This document shows, in pieces, positions 19,002 to 27,175 of a stretch of 40,674 nucleotides of DNA. The stretch lies in the NCBI GenBank assembly GCA_964528715.1, contig CAZGTR010000001.1, forward strand, positions 1 through 40,674, in the 5' to 3' direction. Both the position numbers and the translations under genes were made by a program. The DNA is from an uncultured Oscillospiraceae bacterium. Its GTDB lineage: Bacteria; Bacillota; Clostridia; Oscillospirales; Oscillospiraceae. Within the stretch, counting starts at the first letter, position 1, and the number at the start of each line of letters is the position of its first letter. Under the pieces are notes generated by a model. It worked only from the letters and a program-made list of their open reading frames with translations, was not told the origin of the DNA and ran no database searches.

Positions 19002-19030
19002 ATTATAGCACTGTAAAATGGGGAATGCAA
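19002..19030 (-). promoter_or_regulatory. SigA promoter of the aro operon leader
   Basis: TTGCAT-17 bp-TATAAT with extended TG. Confidence 0.85.
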
Positions 19031-19043
19031 GAGCCAAATGCCG

Positions 19044-19083
19044 AAAAAAAGGAAAAATGCGGCGCCCGCAGGCACCGCATTTT
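19044..19083 (-). terminator. Terminator of the kinase-like gene
   Basis: AAAAUGCGGUGCC-UGCG-GGCGCCGCAUUUUU then a U-rich tail, just after the stop at 19088. Confidence 0.85.
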
Positions 19084-19087
19084 GACA

Positions 19088-22000
19088 TTATTCCGTAATG
19101 GTAAATTCCCGGGTGGTAACGTGGGCAAAGTTGAAGTAGATCTCAACGGTGTAGTTACCAGCTTCCTTGGGCATGAAGGGGATCGTCAGCTTGCCACGGC
19201 TGCGGTACCACATATTGGTCCAGGTGCGGCTTTCGTTTGCGACGCTGACCAGATTTCCCTGTTCATCACGAATGACATAGAGGGTAACGATCTCATCATC
19301 GGAGGTGGTGTAATTATTCAGCAATCGCATGGTAAAGGAGGCGCTGACACCAGAGGCAAAGTTGGTGGTGAAATCGCTGTCCTTCACATCCCAACGGTCC
19401 CAATTTTCCTTGGAGGGGGTGATACACATTTTCAGAGAAATGGTCTCATTGTTCACGCCATAGCCGGAAAAGTCCTCAGCATTGGGGACGGCATAGCTGC
19501 ACTCTCCGCCGAAGGTGGTAGCGCCATTGGCACATTGAATGGAAATGGTGTAGTTGCTACCGGGAACGAGGGGGAAGATGGTGGCTTCCGCAGTGGCGCA
19601 CTGAATCACCTGGCTGTCCATGCCGTCGAGGCTATACAGTACCAGCCAGCCACCTTCGGGTGCAGTACAATCGTAAGTCCAGCTGAGTTTTAGCGTTCCG
19701 GCAACAGTTGTATCCATTTGAATATCCTGCAAGGTGACGGAACCGGCAGTGAGGAAAGTGCGGGCATTGACAGTCATGCCATCGGCAGTGACTTCAATGG
19801 TGTAGCTTGCGGCATTGTCCAGCCCGGTGAGGATCACAGAAGTGGTGTCGGTGGTTACGGTCTGGTCGTAGCTGTCGTTATAGCAACGCACGGACCATTT
19901 TTGAACGGTCTCGCCTTCGGGGGCAGACCATGTAATGTGCAGACCGCCATCCTTGAAGCCAAGGATCTGCAGATTTTCAGCGACGATGACATTGGTGGGT
20001 ACGAAGGTCAAGCTTGTTTCACCGGATAGATACAGGGAAGATACAGGTTCCAGGGTGAAGGTATACTCCTTGCCCACTGTCAAGCCAGAGATATTTGCAA
20101 TGTGTCCGGCGAAAGTGGTGGCCATTTCTGGCACTTCCGGATCACCGGGAACGCCATAGTGGACGACCCACTGCTGGACATCCGGGCCCTGGACGGTGAA
20201 GCTCAAGATCACGGAACCATCGTCGTTGCCAATGGAGGCATGGAAATCGGAGATGGTGGTCAGCTGAGAAGTGGTATATGTGGCGGTCGTGGTGCCGCTC
20301 AACCGATGGAAACCGGAGATACGCACCTGGATTTTATAATTCATGCCCGCACTCAAGCCGTCAAAAGTGGCGATACCATCCACGACCTCAGCACGCTGGG
20401 TGGTACCGTAGGTGTCCGTACACAGGACGGTGAGCAGAGTGTGATCTGTATCGGTTTCCACACGGATGATCAGATGATCCTCGCTGCCACTGACGGTCAA
20501 GTCGTCAATGGTCTGCAGGTAGTATCTGTTGTAGAACAGATAACCGCCCAACAGCAGGGCCAGAAGCAAAACGCTGCCGATCAAGGAAGCCAACAGGCCC
20601 TTGTGCTGCTTTTTAGCGGGGATGGCGGCGGGATCTTCCGGCGTGGCCTCGACTTGCACAGGATCTTCCGGTTCATTTTCCGTTTCAGTTGCCTCCTGGG
20701 GCTGCTGAGTATCGTCTGCTTCGGATCCCTCCGGTACCTCATCGGTTGCCTGCACTTCTTCGACGGGAGTTTCCTCTGGGACAGGTAGTGTCACCTCAAT
20801 AGGCTCGGGAGCGACGACAGGGCTGGGGGTCTCGTGGGCGATGAGGTCATCGGCCTGGGCCAGCATTTGCTCTGTTTCGCTCTGGGTGGAAGCTTCTTCC
20901 GACTCTGGTGCGTATTCTGCCTCGTTTTCGCTATCCGTTTCGGGTTCGGTATCCTCATCAGACACTTCGTCAGGTGTTTGATCCGCTTCTTCGTCGGATC
21001 CTGTTTCTTCCGTTGTTTCTACGGCCTCGGCAGCTTCCGGTTCAGAGGGGGAGAGCTCTGGTGTTTCCTCCGAGGTGCTTTCCTCGTTCACTTCGGCTTC
21101 GGGGACTTCTTCAGACGTTTCATCGTGGGAGTCCTCATGCTCGGGAGCTTGGACACTGTCCAGTGCCTCGTCCACTTGTGCGATAACATCCGCAGTGTCC
21201 AGCGGATCGGCGGTCTCATCCGGCTCTGCTTCCACTGGCTCCTCCGGTTCCTCGGGAGCGGGTGGCGGTACGATGGGCGTGTCATTGACGCTGTTGCGCT
21301 GGAGATAGTTGATCAGCGCCTGGCCCATTTGCATGGGATCCTGCCAGCGGACATCGGGGTTCTGGTCGCAGGCTTTCAAAATGATGGTTGCCAGCTCGTG
21401 GTCTGCGTATTTCGGTGCATGGAGCACATCACCGGGCTCCGGCAAAAGACCATCATTGTAGGCCATGTACAGGATCATACCCACAGCATAGGTGTCCATA
21501 GTAGTGTTCAGCGACGAGTAAGCGTCTGATATCTCAGGGGGTGTAAAGGCACTGTGATATTTCTCTGGCAGTGAGGCATAGGGCAGGGAAGCCAGACTGA
21601 TAAAGCCAAGATCACCAATACGGTATTCACCGTTATTGCAGATATACACATTGTTGGGTTGCAGGTCGGCGTAAAGATAGCCGAACCGGCGGCACACGGA
21701 CAGGGCTGCACAAAGGTCCAGACCCAAATTCACCGCAGCCAGATGGGTCATGTCGTTGCGCTCCAGCTGTGCGGCCAGTGTGGGACGGTATCCGGATAGC
21801 AGGTATACATCGTAACCGGCTTCCGGGTCCATGGGCACCAGTTGCCATTTTTCGTAGGGTACAAAGCCCTCAAAGCGGGAGAGCTTTTGCAGTAGCTCTG
21901 CTTCCTGGACTACATCATCGGCCAATTCCTTAAAGTAAGCAATGGCGCTTTCCCGGTCAGAGAAAGCACCAGCTAACATCAATGCAGCCAGCTTTTTCTG

Positions 22001-22150
22001 TTTGGCGGGGATGGAGATCACCTTTACGATATATTTTTTATCTGTTTCCAGCTCCATAGCGGGGCAGCAGCGTACACCGTCGTGCTCGCTGATGGGGTCG
22101 CCCATGACGAAGCCGTCAAGCAGGGGAGAGATCAATGCAGGTTCCGACAA
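19088..22150 (-). CDS. Membrane protein: degenerate Hanks-type Ser/Thr kinase domain, long acidic linker, TM helix, extracellular FN3-like repeats
   Basis: YIVKVI, YADLQPNN, IGDLG, TPPE, DTYAVG kinase-like motifs; E/P/T-rich linker; TM GLLASLIGSVLLLALLLGGYLFY; GLxxGxxY and W-containing FN3-like strands. Confidence 0.8.
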   Translation of the reverse strand: MSEPALISPLLDGFVMGDPISEHDGVRCCPAMELETDKKYIVKVISIPAKQKKLAALMLAGAFSDRESAIAYFKELADDVVQEAELLQKLSRFEGFVPYEKWQLVPMDPEAGYDVYLLSGYRPTLAAQLERNDMTHLAAVNLGLDLCAALSVCRRFGYLYADLQPNNVYICNNGEYRIGDLGFISLASLPYASLPEKYHSAFTPPEISDAYSSLNTTMDTYAVGMILYMAYNDGLLPEPGDVLHAPKYADHELATIILKACDQNPDVRWQDPMQMGQALINYLQRNSVNDTPIVPPPAPEEPEEPVEAEPDETADPLDTADVIAQVDEALDSVQAPEHEDSHDETSEEVPEAEVNEESTSEETPELSPSEPEAAEAVETTEETGSDEEADQTPDEVSDEDTEPETDSENEAEYAPESEEASTQSETEQMLAQADDLIAHETPSPVVAPEPIEVTLPVPEETPVEEVQATDEVPEGSEADDTQQPQEATETENEPEDPVQVEATPEDPAAIPAKKQHKGLLASLIGSVLLLALLLGGYLFYNRYYLQTIDDLTVSGSEDHLIIRVETDTDHTLLTVLCTDTYGTTQRAEVVDGIATFDGLSAGMNYKIQVRISGFHRLSGTTTATYTTSQLTTISDFHASIGNDDGSVILSFTVQGPDVQQWVVHYGVPGDPEVPEMATTFAGHIANISGLTVGKEYTFTLEPVSSLYLSGETSLTFVPTNVIVAENLQILGFKDGGLHITWSAPEGETVQKWSVRCYNDSYDQTVTTDTTSVILTGLDNAASYTIEVTADGMTVNARTFLTAGSVTLQDIQMDTTVAGTLKLSWTYDCTAPEGGWLVLYSLDGMDSQVIQCATAEATIFPLVPGSNYTISIQCANGATTFGGECSYAVPNAEDFSGYGVNNETISLKMCITPSKENWDRWDVKDSDFTTNFASGVSASFTMRLLNNYTTSDDEIVTLYVIRDEQGNLVSVANESRTWTNMWYRSRGKLTIPFMPKEAGNYTVEIYFNFAHVTTREFTITE

Positions 22151-22189
22151 AATTATCGCCTCTTTCGTTACAGCGTTCCTATTTCTTAT

Positions 22190-22218
22190 ATTCTAAGATA
22201 TGCCCGGCAAAAAATCAA
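22190..22218 (-). promoter_or_regulatory. Putative SigA promoter of the kinase-like gene
   Basis: TTGATT-17 bp-TAGAAT. Confidence 0.55.
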
Positions 22219-22302
22219 CCACTGTTTTCCCGGATTTTCAGAATATTTTGTTCTCCGCACAAAAGGTGGTTTTGACATTTGCATGGGAATATGCAAAAAT
22301 AG

Positions 22303-22328
22303 TGTAACAAAATGGAAATTTGCCTGTC
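22303..22328 (+). promoter_or_regulatory. Putative ECF-type (autoregulatory) promoter
   Basis: TGTAAC-16 bp-TGTC, resembling the AAC/GTC pattern of SigX/SigV-type promoters, 30 nt upstream of the ECF ATG. Confidence 0.5.
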
Positions 22329-22357
22329 TTTAACAGTATAGAAAGGGGGGAACACCG

Positions 22358-22915
22358 ATGGAGGATGAACAGATCATCGCTCTGTTTCAGCAACGCTCGG
22401 AGGAGGCCATCAGCGTATTGTCCGGGAAGTATGGTGGACTTTGCATGAATGCAGCGTATTGGGTACTCAGCGACAGACTTGATGCGCAGGAGTGCGTCAA
22501 CGACGCATATCTGAAGGTATGGGAGTCTATCCCACCTCAATGCCCCCGGTCATTGCCGGCGTATTTGCTGAAGATCGTGCGAAACTTAGCGATCAATCTT
22601 CAAAACGGAAAAAATTCCCAGAAACGCAGAGGAAATTATGAGCTTTGCCTGGAAGAATTATCTGACGTTATCTCATCGCCAGAGCGGGTCGAAACACACC
22701 TGGAGACAGCGGAATTGACAATCTTGCTGAATCGATTTCTGGACGAGCTGGACATGGAAAACAGAAGACTGTTCATGGGGCGATATTGGCACATGAAGTC
22801 TTATGAAGAACTATCTGCGGAAACGGGGCTTTCACAAGGGACGATCCGTACCCGTCTTTCCCGTATCCGCAGCCGACTGAAAAAGGAACTATCCAGGGAG
22901 GAAATATTTGTATGA
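22358..22915 (+). CDS. ECF RNA polymerase sigma factor
   Basis: 185 aa; region 2 DAQECVNDAYLKVW..YLLKIVRN; region 4 HTH SYEELSAETGLSQGTIRTRLSRIR. Confidence 0.95.
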   Translation: MEDEQIIALFQQRSEEAISVLSGKYGGLCMNAAYWVLSDRLDAQECVNDAYLKVWESIPPQCPRSLPAYLLKIVRNLAINLQNGKNSQKRRGNYELCLEELSDVISSPERVETHLETAELTILLNRFLDELDMENRRLFMGRYWHMKSYEELSAETGLSQGTIRTRLSRIRSRLKKELSREEIFV

Positions 22916-23592
22916 CAGAACAGCAGATCATGGTTGCGCTAACAGATGTTAAGCAGGAGCATATCCTTGCGGGGCTTTACACGCAAAAGAGAAAATGGAA
23001 AGCAGGATGGATCCGCAATGCAGCCGTTGCGGCGGTGTTGCTTTTATTGATCAGCGTAGCGGCCATTTGGCAGGGAGTGAATCATAAACCAACAGACAAA
23101 GCAGCTCACTTCTTTGCCATCACCGCACAAGCAGCAGATGGAAGCAAAACAAATTATGAGTTGAATAAAAGCTATTTCAATTCCGGAACATTTTTTGAAA
23201 CCAATATATTTGGTGGGGATATGCCACTGTTTGAATTTGCATTGGATACCACAAACTGGACGGATGACCCACTTACCATGCGGCAGTATTATTCAAATTT
23301 CGATGTTACTGTTTCCTATGATGGACAAACAGAAGATGACGCTGATCAGCATATTGCTATTTTCCATTTGATGGACGCAGAGATTTTGACAGGCAGCGCA
23401 ACTACCGGTTACGGTATCACAGGCTGGTTTGAAGAACCGACGGATCTTGAGATCTGCGTCACGGAAAAGCAGACGGGAGCGCTGGTGGAAAAGACCGTGC
23501 TGCACATTCGCTATTTGCCTGAAAAAAGCGGCTATGAGCTGACGGTGACGGGATGTGAGACCATAAAAGCATATCAGGACCAAAATACATAA
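22912..23592 (+). CDS. Putative anti-sigma factor (short N-terminal helix, one TM, extracellular domain of unknown fold)
   Basis: ATGA overlap with the ECF gene; MTEQQIMVALTDVKQEHIL, basic patch KRKWK, TM AAVAAVLLLLISVAAIW. Confidence 0.7.
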   Translation: MTEQQIMVALTDVKQEHILAGLYTQKRKWKAGWIRNAAVAAVLLLLISVAAIWQGVNHKPTDKAAHFFAITAQAADGSKTNYELNKSYFNSGTFFETNIFGGDMPLFEFALDTTNWTDDPLTMRQYYSNFDVTVSYDGQTEDDADQHIAIFHLMDAEILTGSATTGYGITGWFEEPTDLEICVTEKQTGALVEKTVLHIRYLPEKSGYELTVTGCETIKAYQDQNT

Positions 23593-23803
23593 GGTGCTTT
23601 CTGAAATAGGAAACCGGAAAACAGCAGAATTCCCGTGATAATTTCACAAAACTGACTTTTTAGGCGTGCCAGGCAACCTTGAAAGTCGGTTTTCTCCATA
23701 CAAAACAAGGGTATTTTAAGTAAGCTTGTTCATATCGTAAATAAGGGGCGGTCATTCGAAGATTTAGCTGTCGAAGGATCGCCCTTTTTCCGGGTTTGAC
23801 CAC

Positions 23804-23832
23804 TTGCAATCAGAAAGCGGCTGTGTTATAAT
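23804..23832 (+). promoter_or_regulatory. SigA promoter
   Basis: TTGCAA-17 bp-TATAAT with extended TG. Confidence 0.8.
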
Positions 23833-23875
23833 GACAAAAAATGAGGTGCGATTCCGTGCCGGACAGGAGGTTTCT

Positions 23876-25159
23876 ATGAGCAAAATTATTTGTGATGTTT
23901 GCGGTACCGCATATCCGGAAACTGCCAACCAGTGCCCCATTTGCGGCTGCGCAAAAGCGCCTGCCGCACAGGCAACCTGTGATGATACACAGCATGAGGG
24001 CTATACATACGTGAAAGGTGGCCGCTTTTCCAAGAGTAACGTAAAACGCAACAACCGTGCAAAGGCCCAGGAACAGCGGGTAGCTGCTCCCGCTCCCAAG
24101 CAGGAGAATACCACTGCTTCCAGTTATGCTGCCCCGGAACGCCGGGAAGATCGGCGTAGACCGGAAAAGGAAGAACCGGAGGGCGTGAACAAGGGACTTG
24201 TGGCAGTGGTGATCATTTTGCTGCTGGCGATCATTATGGTGGTCGTGTACATTGGAAGAAGTGTGTTCCTTGGCGGTAATGATACCACGACCCCCAGTGA
24301 TACCTATCAGCAGACCGAAGGAATGCAGACCGGTAGCACCGAATCTTCCGTTCCCTGCACAGAGCTGAAGCTGGGAAGTGCCATGGTGGAGCTGAAGAGC
24401 GAAACGGAGAAGTATCTGCTGGAAGTACGGCGGATCCCGGAAAATACCACAGACACACTTATTTTTACTTCGGACAATTCCTCCGTTGCAACGGTGGACC
24501 AGAACGGCTTGATCCTGCCCATGGGCAACGGCGAGACTGTGATCACCGTCACCTGCGGTAATGTGTCTGCACAGTGTCTGGTCAGCTGCACCTTTGGTGA
24601 GCCGACTCCCACTGAACCTGAGACCGAGCCGCCTGTGGATATTCCTGCTGGCTTCGTATTGACTCTGAACCGGAAGGACTTCACGCTGGGCAAAGAAGGG
24701 GAGACCTGGACGCTGTATAAGGAGACCGACGGCGTGAAGGCATCTGATATCACCTGGACCACCTCTGATCCTGCGGTGGCGACGGTGGAAAACGGCGTGG
24801 TCAAGGGTGTCAATAAGGGTAATGCCACCATCACGGCGACCTTGGGCGAGCAGAGCGTGACCTGCACGGTGCGTTGCAGCTTCAATGCTTCTGAGCCGAC
24901 CGAAGCTGCGGATTACTACATCAGCTACAAGGACGTGACCTTGAAGTCCGGCGAATCCTTCAACTTGACCCTCAAGACCAAGGAAGGCGCCAATGTCCAG
25001 GGCGTGGAATGGGTGATCAGCGACGAGGGCTATGTGACCATCAGCAAAAACACGGTGAAAGCTAATGCCATCACCGAAAAGAAGGTCATCACCATCTCTG
25101 CCACTTATGAAGGCGTGACCTACACTTGTATCGTTCGGTTGGTTCCGGATGAAGCCTAA
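23876..25159 (+). CDS. Single-pass membrane protein with N-terminal zinc ribbon and extracellular Ig-like (Big_2) repeats
   Basis: CDVC..CPIC at the N-terminus, TM LVAVVIILLLAIIMVVVYI, Big_2-like repeats (FTSDNSSVATVD..G, WTTSDPAVATVENG). ATG 23876 follows AGGAGG. Confidence 0.85.
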   Translation: MSKIICDVCGTAYPETANQCPICGCAKAPAAQATCDDTQHEGYTYVKGGRFSKSNVKRNNRAKAQEQRVAAPAPKQENTTASSYAAPERREDRRRPEKEEPEGVNKGLVAVVIILLLAIIMVVVYIGRSVFLGGNDTTTPSDTYQQTEGMQTGSTESSVPCTELKLGSAMVELKSETEKYLLEVRRIPENTTDTLIFTSDNSSVATVDQNGLILPMGNGETVITVTCGNVSAQCLVSCTFGEPTPTEPETEPPVDIPAGFVLTLNRKDFTLGKEGETWTLYKETDGVKASDITWTTSDPAVATVENGVVKGVNKGNATITATLGEQSVTCTVRCSFNASEPTEAADYYISYKDVTLKSGESFNLTLKTKEGANVQGVEWVISDEGYVTISKNTVKANAITEKKVITISATYEGVTYTCIVRLVPDEA

Positions 25160-25166
25160 ATAATTT

Positions 25167-25196
25167 GCGGCAGCACCCAATTGGGTGCTGCCGTTT
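25167..25196. terminator. Hairpin between convergent genes
   Basis: CGGCAGCACCCAATTGGGTGCTGCCG, a perfect palindrome. Confidence 0.75.
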
Positions 25197-25198
25197 CG

Positions 25199-25402
25199 TC
25201 ATTCGCCGTCGATGCAGGTGTGCTTTCGGAACAGAAGCGAGATGCACCACAGGCCTGCAAGGCCCACCAGCGCATACACGATCCGGCTGAGGACCGCATC
25301 CTGACCGCCGAACAGCCATGCTACCAGGTCAAACTGAAAGATGCCGATGAGACCCCAGTTCAGACTGCCGATGATGGACAGGATCAGTGCGAATGTATCC
25401 AT
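25199..25402 (-). CDS. DUF378 family small membrane protein
   Basis: MDTFALILSIIGSLNWGLIGIFQFDLVAWLFGG..SRIVYALVGLAGLW; ATG 25402 follows GGAGG. Confidence 0.9.
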   Translation of the reverse strand: MDTFALILSIIGSLNWGLIGIFQFDLVAWLFGGQDAVLSRIVYALVGLAGLWCISLLFRKHTCIDGE

Positions 25403-25471
25403 AATGCTACCTCCATTTTTCATTTGTTGCTGCTTATAGATTTTCCAGTGTGATGAAAAATATTCATACCC

Positions 25472-25500
25472 TTGCAAAAAGACTTTTCATGGGCTATAAT
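25472..25500 (+). promoter_or_regulatory. SigA promoter of ispE
   Basis: TTGCAA-17 bp-TATAAT. Confidence 0.75.
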
Positions 25501-25533
25501 AACGGAAAAGAACGAATTTGGAGGAATACCAAG

Positions 25534-26391
25534 ATGACGACCCTTTATGAAGGCGCATTCGCCAAAGTGAATTTGACACTGGATGTCCTGGGCAAGCGGG
25601 AGGACGGCTATCATGATCTGAAAAGCGTGATGCAGACCATTTCCCTCCGGGATGATATCGAGATCGATGTGGGAACCGGTAAGCCCTGGAAGCTGCTGTG
25701 TGACAAGGAGGGCATTCCTTGCGACGAGCGGAATTTGGCCTGGAAGGCTGCCAAAGTGTACCTTGATACCGTGAAGAAGGACCCGGATGGTCTGGAGATC
25801 CGCATCACCAAGCGCATTCCTTCCCAGGCGGGCCTGGGTGGCGGAAGCGCCGACGCTGCGGCGGTGCTCCGGGCGCTGAACCGCCACTATGGTGATCCGC
25901 TGTCCATTGCAGCACTGGCGGAGGTGGGCAGTCTTGTTGGTAGCGATGTGCCTTTCTGCGTCATTGGCGGCACCGCCGTGGTAGAGGGCCGGGGCGAGCG
26001 GATCCGGAAGCTGCCGGATATGCCGGACTGCATTTTCGTGGTGTGCAAGCCGGAGTTTTCCGCCTCCACGCCGGAGCTGTACGCCAAGCTGGATGAGCGC
26101 TCCATTGCGCTGCGCCCGGATCATGGTGCCATGGAAAGCGCTCTGCTGGCGGGAGATCTGGAAAAGGTCTGCCAGAATTTCTACAATGTGTTCGATCCCG
26201 TGGTCACGGAAGAACATCTGGAGATGAACTATATCAAGTCCATCTTCAATTCCTACGGCTCTCTGGGCCAGCAGATGACCGGTTCCGGCTCTGCGGTGTT
26301 CGCCGTGGTGACGGAATTCGAGTACGCCGCCGTGATCTGCAATATGCTGAAGGAAAACTATCCCCAGGTATTTATCGGAAAGCCGGTATAA
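25534..26391 (+). CDS. ispE: 4-diphosphocytidyl-2-C-methyl-D-erythritol kinase
   Basis: AKVNLTLDV..REDGYHDL, KRIPSQAGLGGGSADAA, GSDVPF, MTGSGSAVF. Confidence 0.97.
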   Translation: MTTLYEGAFAKVNLTLDVLGKREDGYHDLKSVMQTISLRDDIEIDVGTGKPWKLLCDKEGIPCDERNLAWKAAKVYLDTVKKDPDGLEIRITKRIPSQAGLGGGSADAAAVLRALNRHYGDPLSIAALAEVGSLVGSDVPFCVIGGTAVVEGRGERIRKLPDMPDCIFVVCKPEFSASTPELYAKLDERSIALRPDHGAMESALLAGDLEKVCQNFYNVFDPVVTEEHLEMNYIKSIFNSYGSLGQQMTGSGSAVFAVVTEFEYAAVICNMLKENYPQVFIGKPV

Positions 26392-26415
26392 TTCTGTCAA
26401 ATGCCGTCCATACTG
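26386..26415 (+). promoter_or_regulatory. Putative forespore (SigF/SigG-type) promoter of spoIIR
   Basis: GTATA-18 bp-CATACTG upstream of spoIIR. Confidence 0.55.
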
Positions 26416-26444
26416 GAAGTAATTCCAGAATGGACGGTGTTTTT

Positions 26445-27053
26445 ATGAAGAAGATCGCAAAATTGATGGTGCTTTGTCTGCTGCTGGTTTGCGCCGTGTG
26501 GGCCGGTTCCCTTTGGTCCGACCGGGCGGCGCTGCACGATGGGCTGATCCGGCTTCATGTGGTGGCGGAGTCAGATACAGATGAAGATCAAGCGTTAAAG
26601 TTGCAAGTGAGGGACGCCATCCTTGCCCAGCTGCAAACCGCTATGGAGAACCTGCCGGATGCGGAAACCGCCAAGTCTTACATCCAAAACCACCTGCCCC
26701 AGTTGCAGCAGACTGTAAATCTGGTGCTGGAGCAGGCGGGAGTGGCGGCCCGGGCTGTTGTAACATTGGGAAAGGAAGCGTTTCCCACCCGGGAATATGA
26801 GACCTTTACCCTCCCGGCGGGAGTCTATGAGTCCCTGCGTGTGACCATCGGCACCGGACAGGGGCACAACTGGTGGTGCGTCGTGTTTCCTACTTTCTGC
26901 GTCAGCGCCACATCGGAGGGCATGACGGACACGGCGGTGAGCGCCGGGTTCTCCCAAAGCCTTGCCGGTAGTCTCACCGGGGAAAAGCCCTATCAGGTGC
27001 GGTTTTTCCTGCTGGACTGCATGGGATGGGTGGAAAATCTGTTTCACAAATGA
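26445..27053 (+). CDS. spoIIR: Stage II sporulation protein R
   Basis: Signal peptide; IRLHVVAESD..DQALKLQVRD, FPTREY..LPAGVY, GHNWWCVVFP. Confidence 0.95.
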   Translation: MKKIAKLMVLCLLLVCAVWAGSLWSDRAALHDGLIRLHVVAESDTDEDQALKLQVRDAILAQLQTAMENLPDAETAKSYIQNHLPQLQQTVNLVLEQAGVAARAVVTLGKEAFPTREYETFTLPAGVYESLRVTIGTGQGHNWWCVVFPTFCVSATSEGMTDTAVSAGFSQSLAGSLTGEKPYQVRFFLLDCMGWVENLFHK

Positions 27054-27061
27054 GTGCTGGT

Positions 27062-27089
27062 ACCGCCCGGAAAATTCCGGGCGGTTTTT
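27062..27089 (+). terminator. Intrinsic terminator after spoIIR
   Basis: ACCGCCCGGAA-AA-TTCCGGGCGGT followed by a T run. Confidence 0.88.
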
Positions 27090-27090
27090 G

Positions 27091-27119
27091 TTGTATTTTT
27101 TGGAAGAAGATGCTATGAT
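27091..27119 (+). promoter_or_regulatory. Putative SigA promoter of the ECF-serpin operon
   Basis: TTGTAT-17 bp-TATGAT with extended TG. Confidence 0.6.
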
Positions 27120-27175
27120 GGGCGTAAGATTATGACAGCAAAATCGGTGATAATAGGTGAGAGGAGGCGGCGTAC

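Noticed and set aside
20600-21280. Repetitive-looking DNA within the kinase-like gene
   Set aside because: Low-complexity Glu/Pro/Thr codons without a fixed repeat unit; not a CRISPR array or tandem repeat.
23810-26400. Minus-strand ORFs 23810..25180 and 25420..26400
   Set aside because: Antisense to the Ig-domain gene and ispE; no independent expression signals seen.
27052-27089. TGGTACCGCC plus hairpin resembling a T-box core
   Set aside because: It follows the spoIIR stop immediately, with no room for stem I or a specifier loop; an ordinary terminator explains it.
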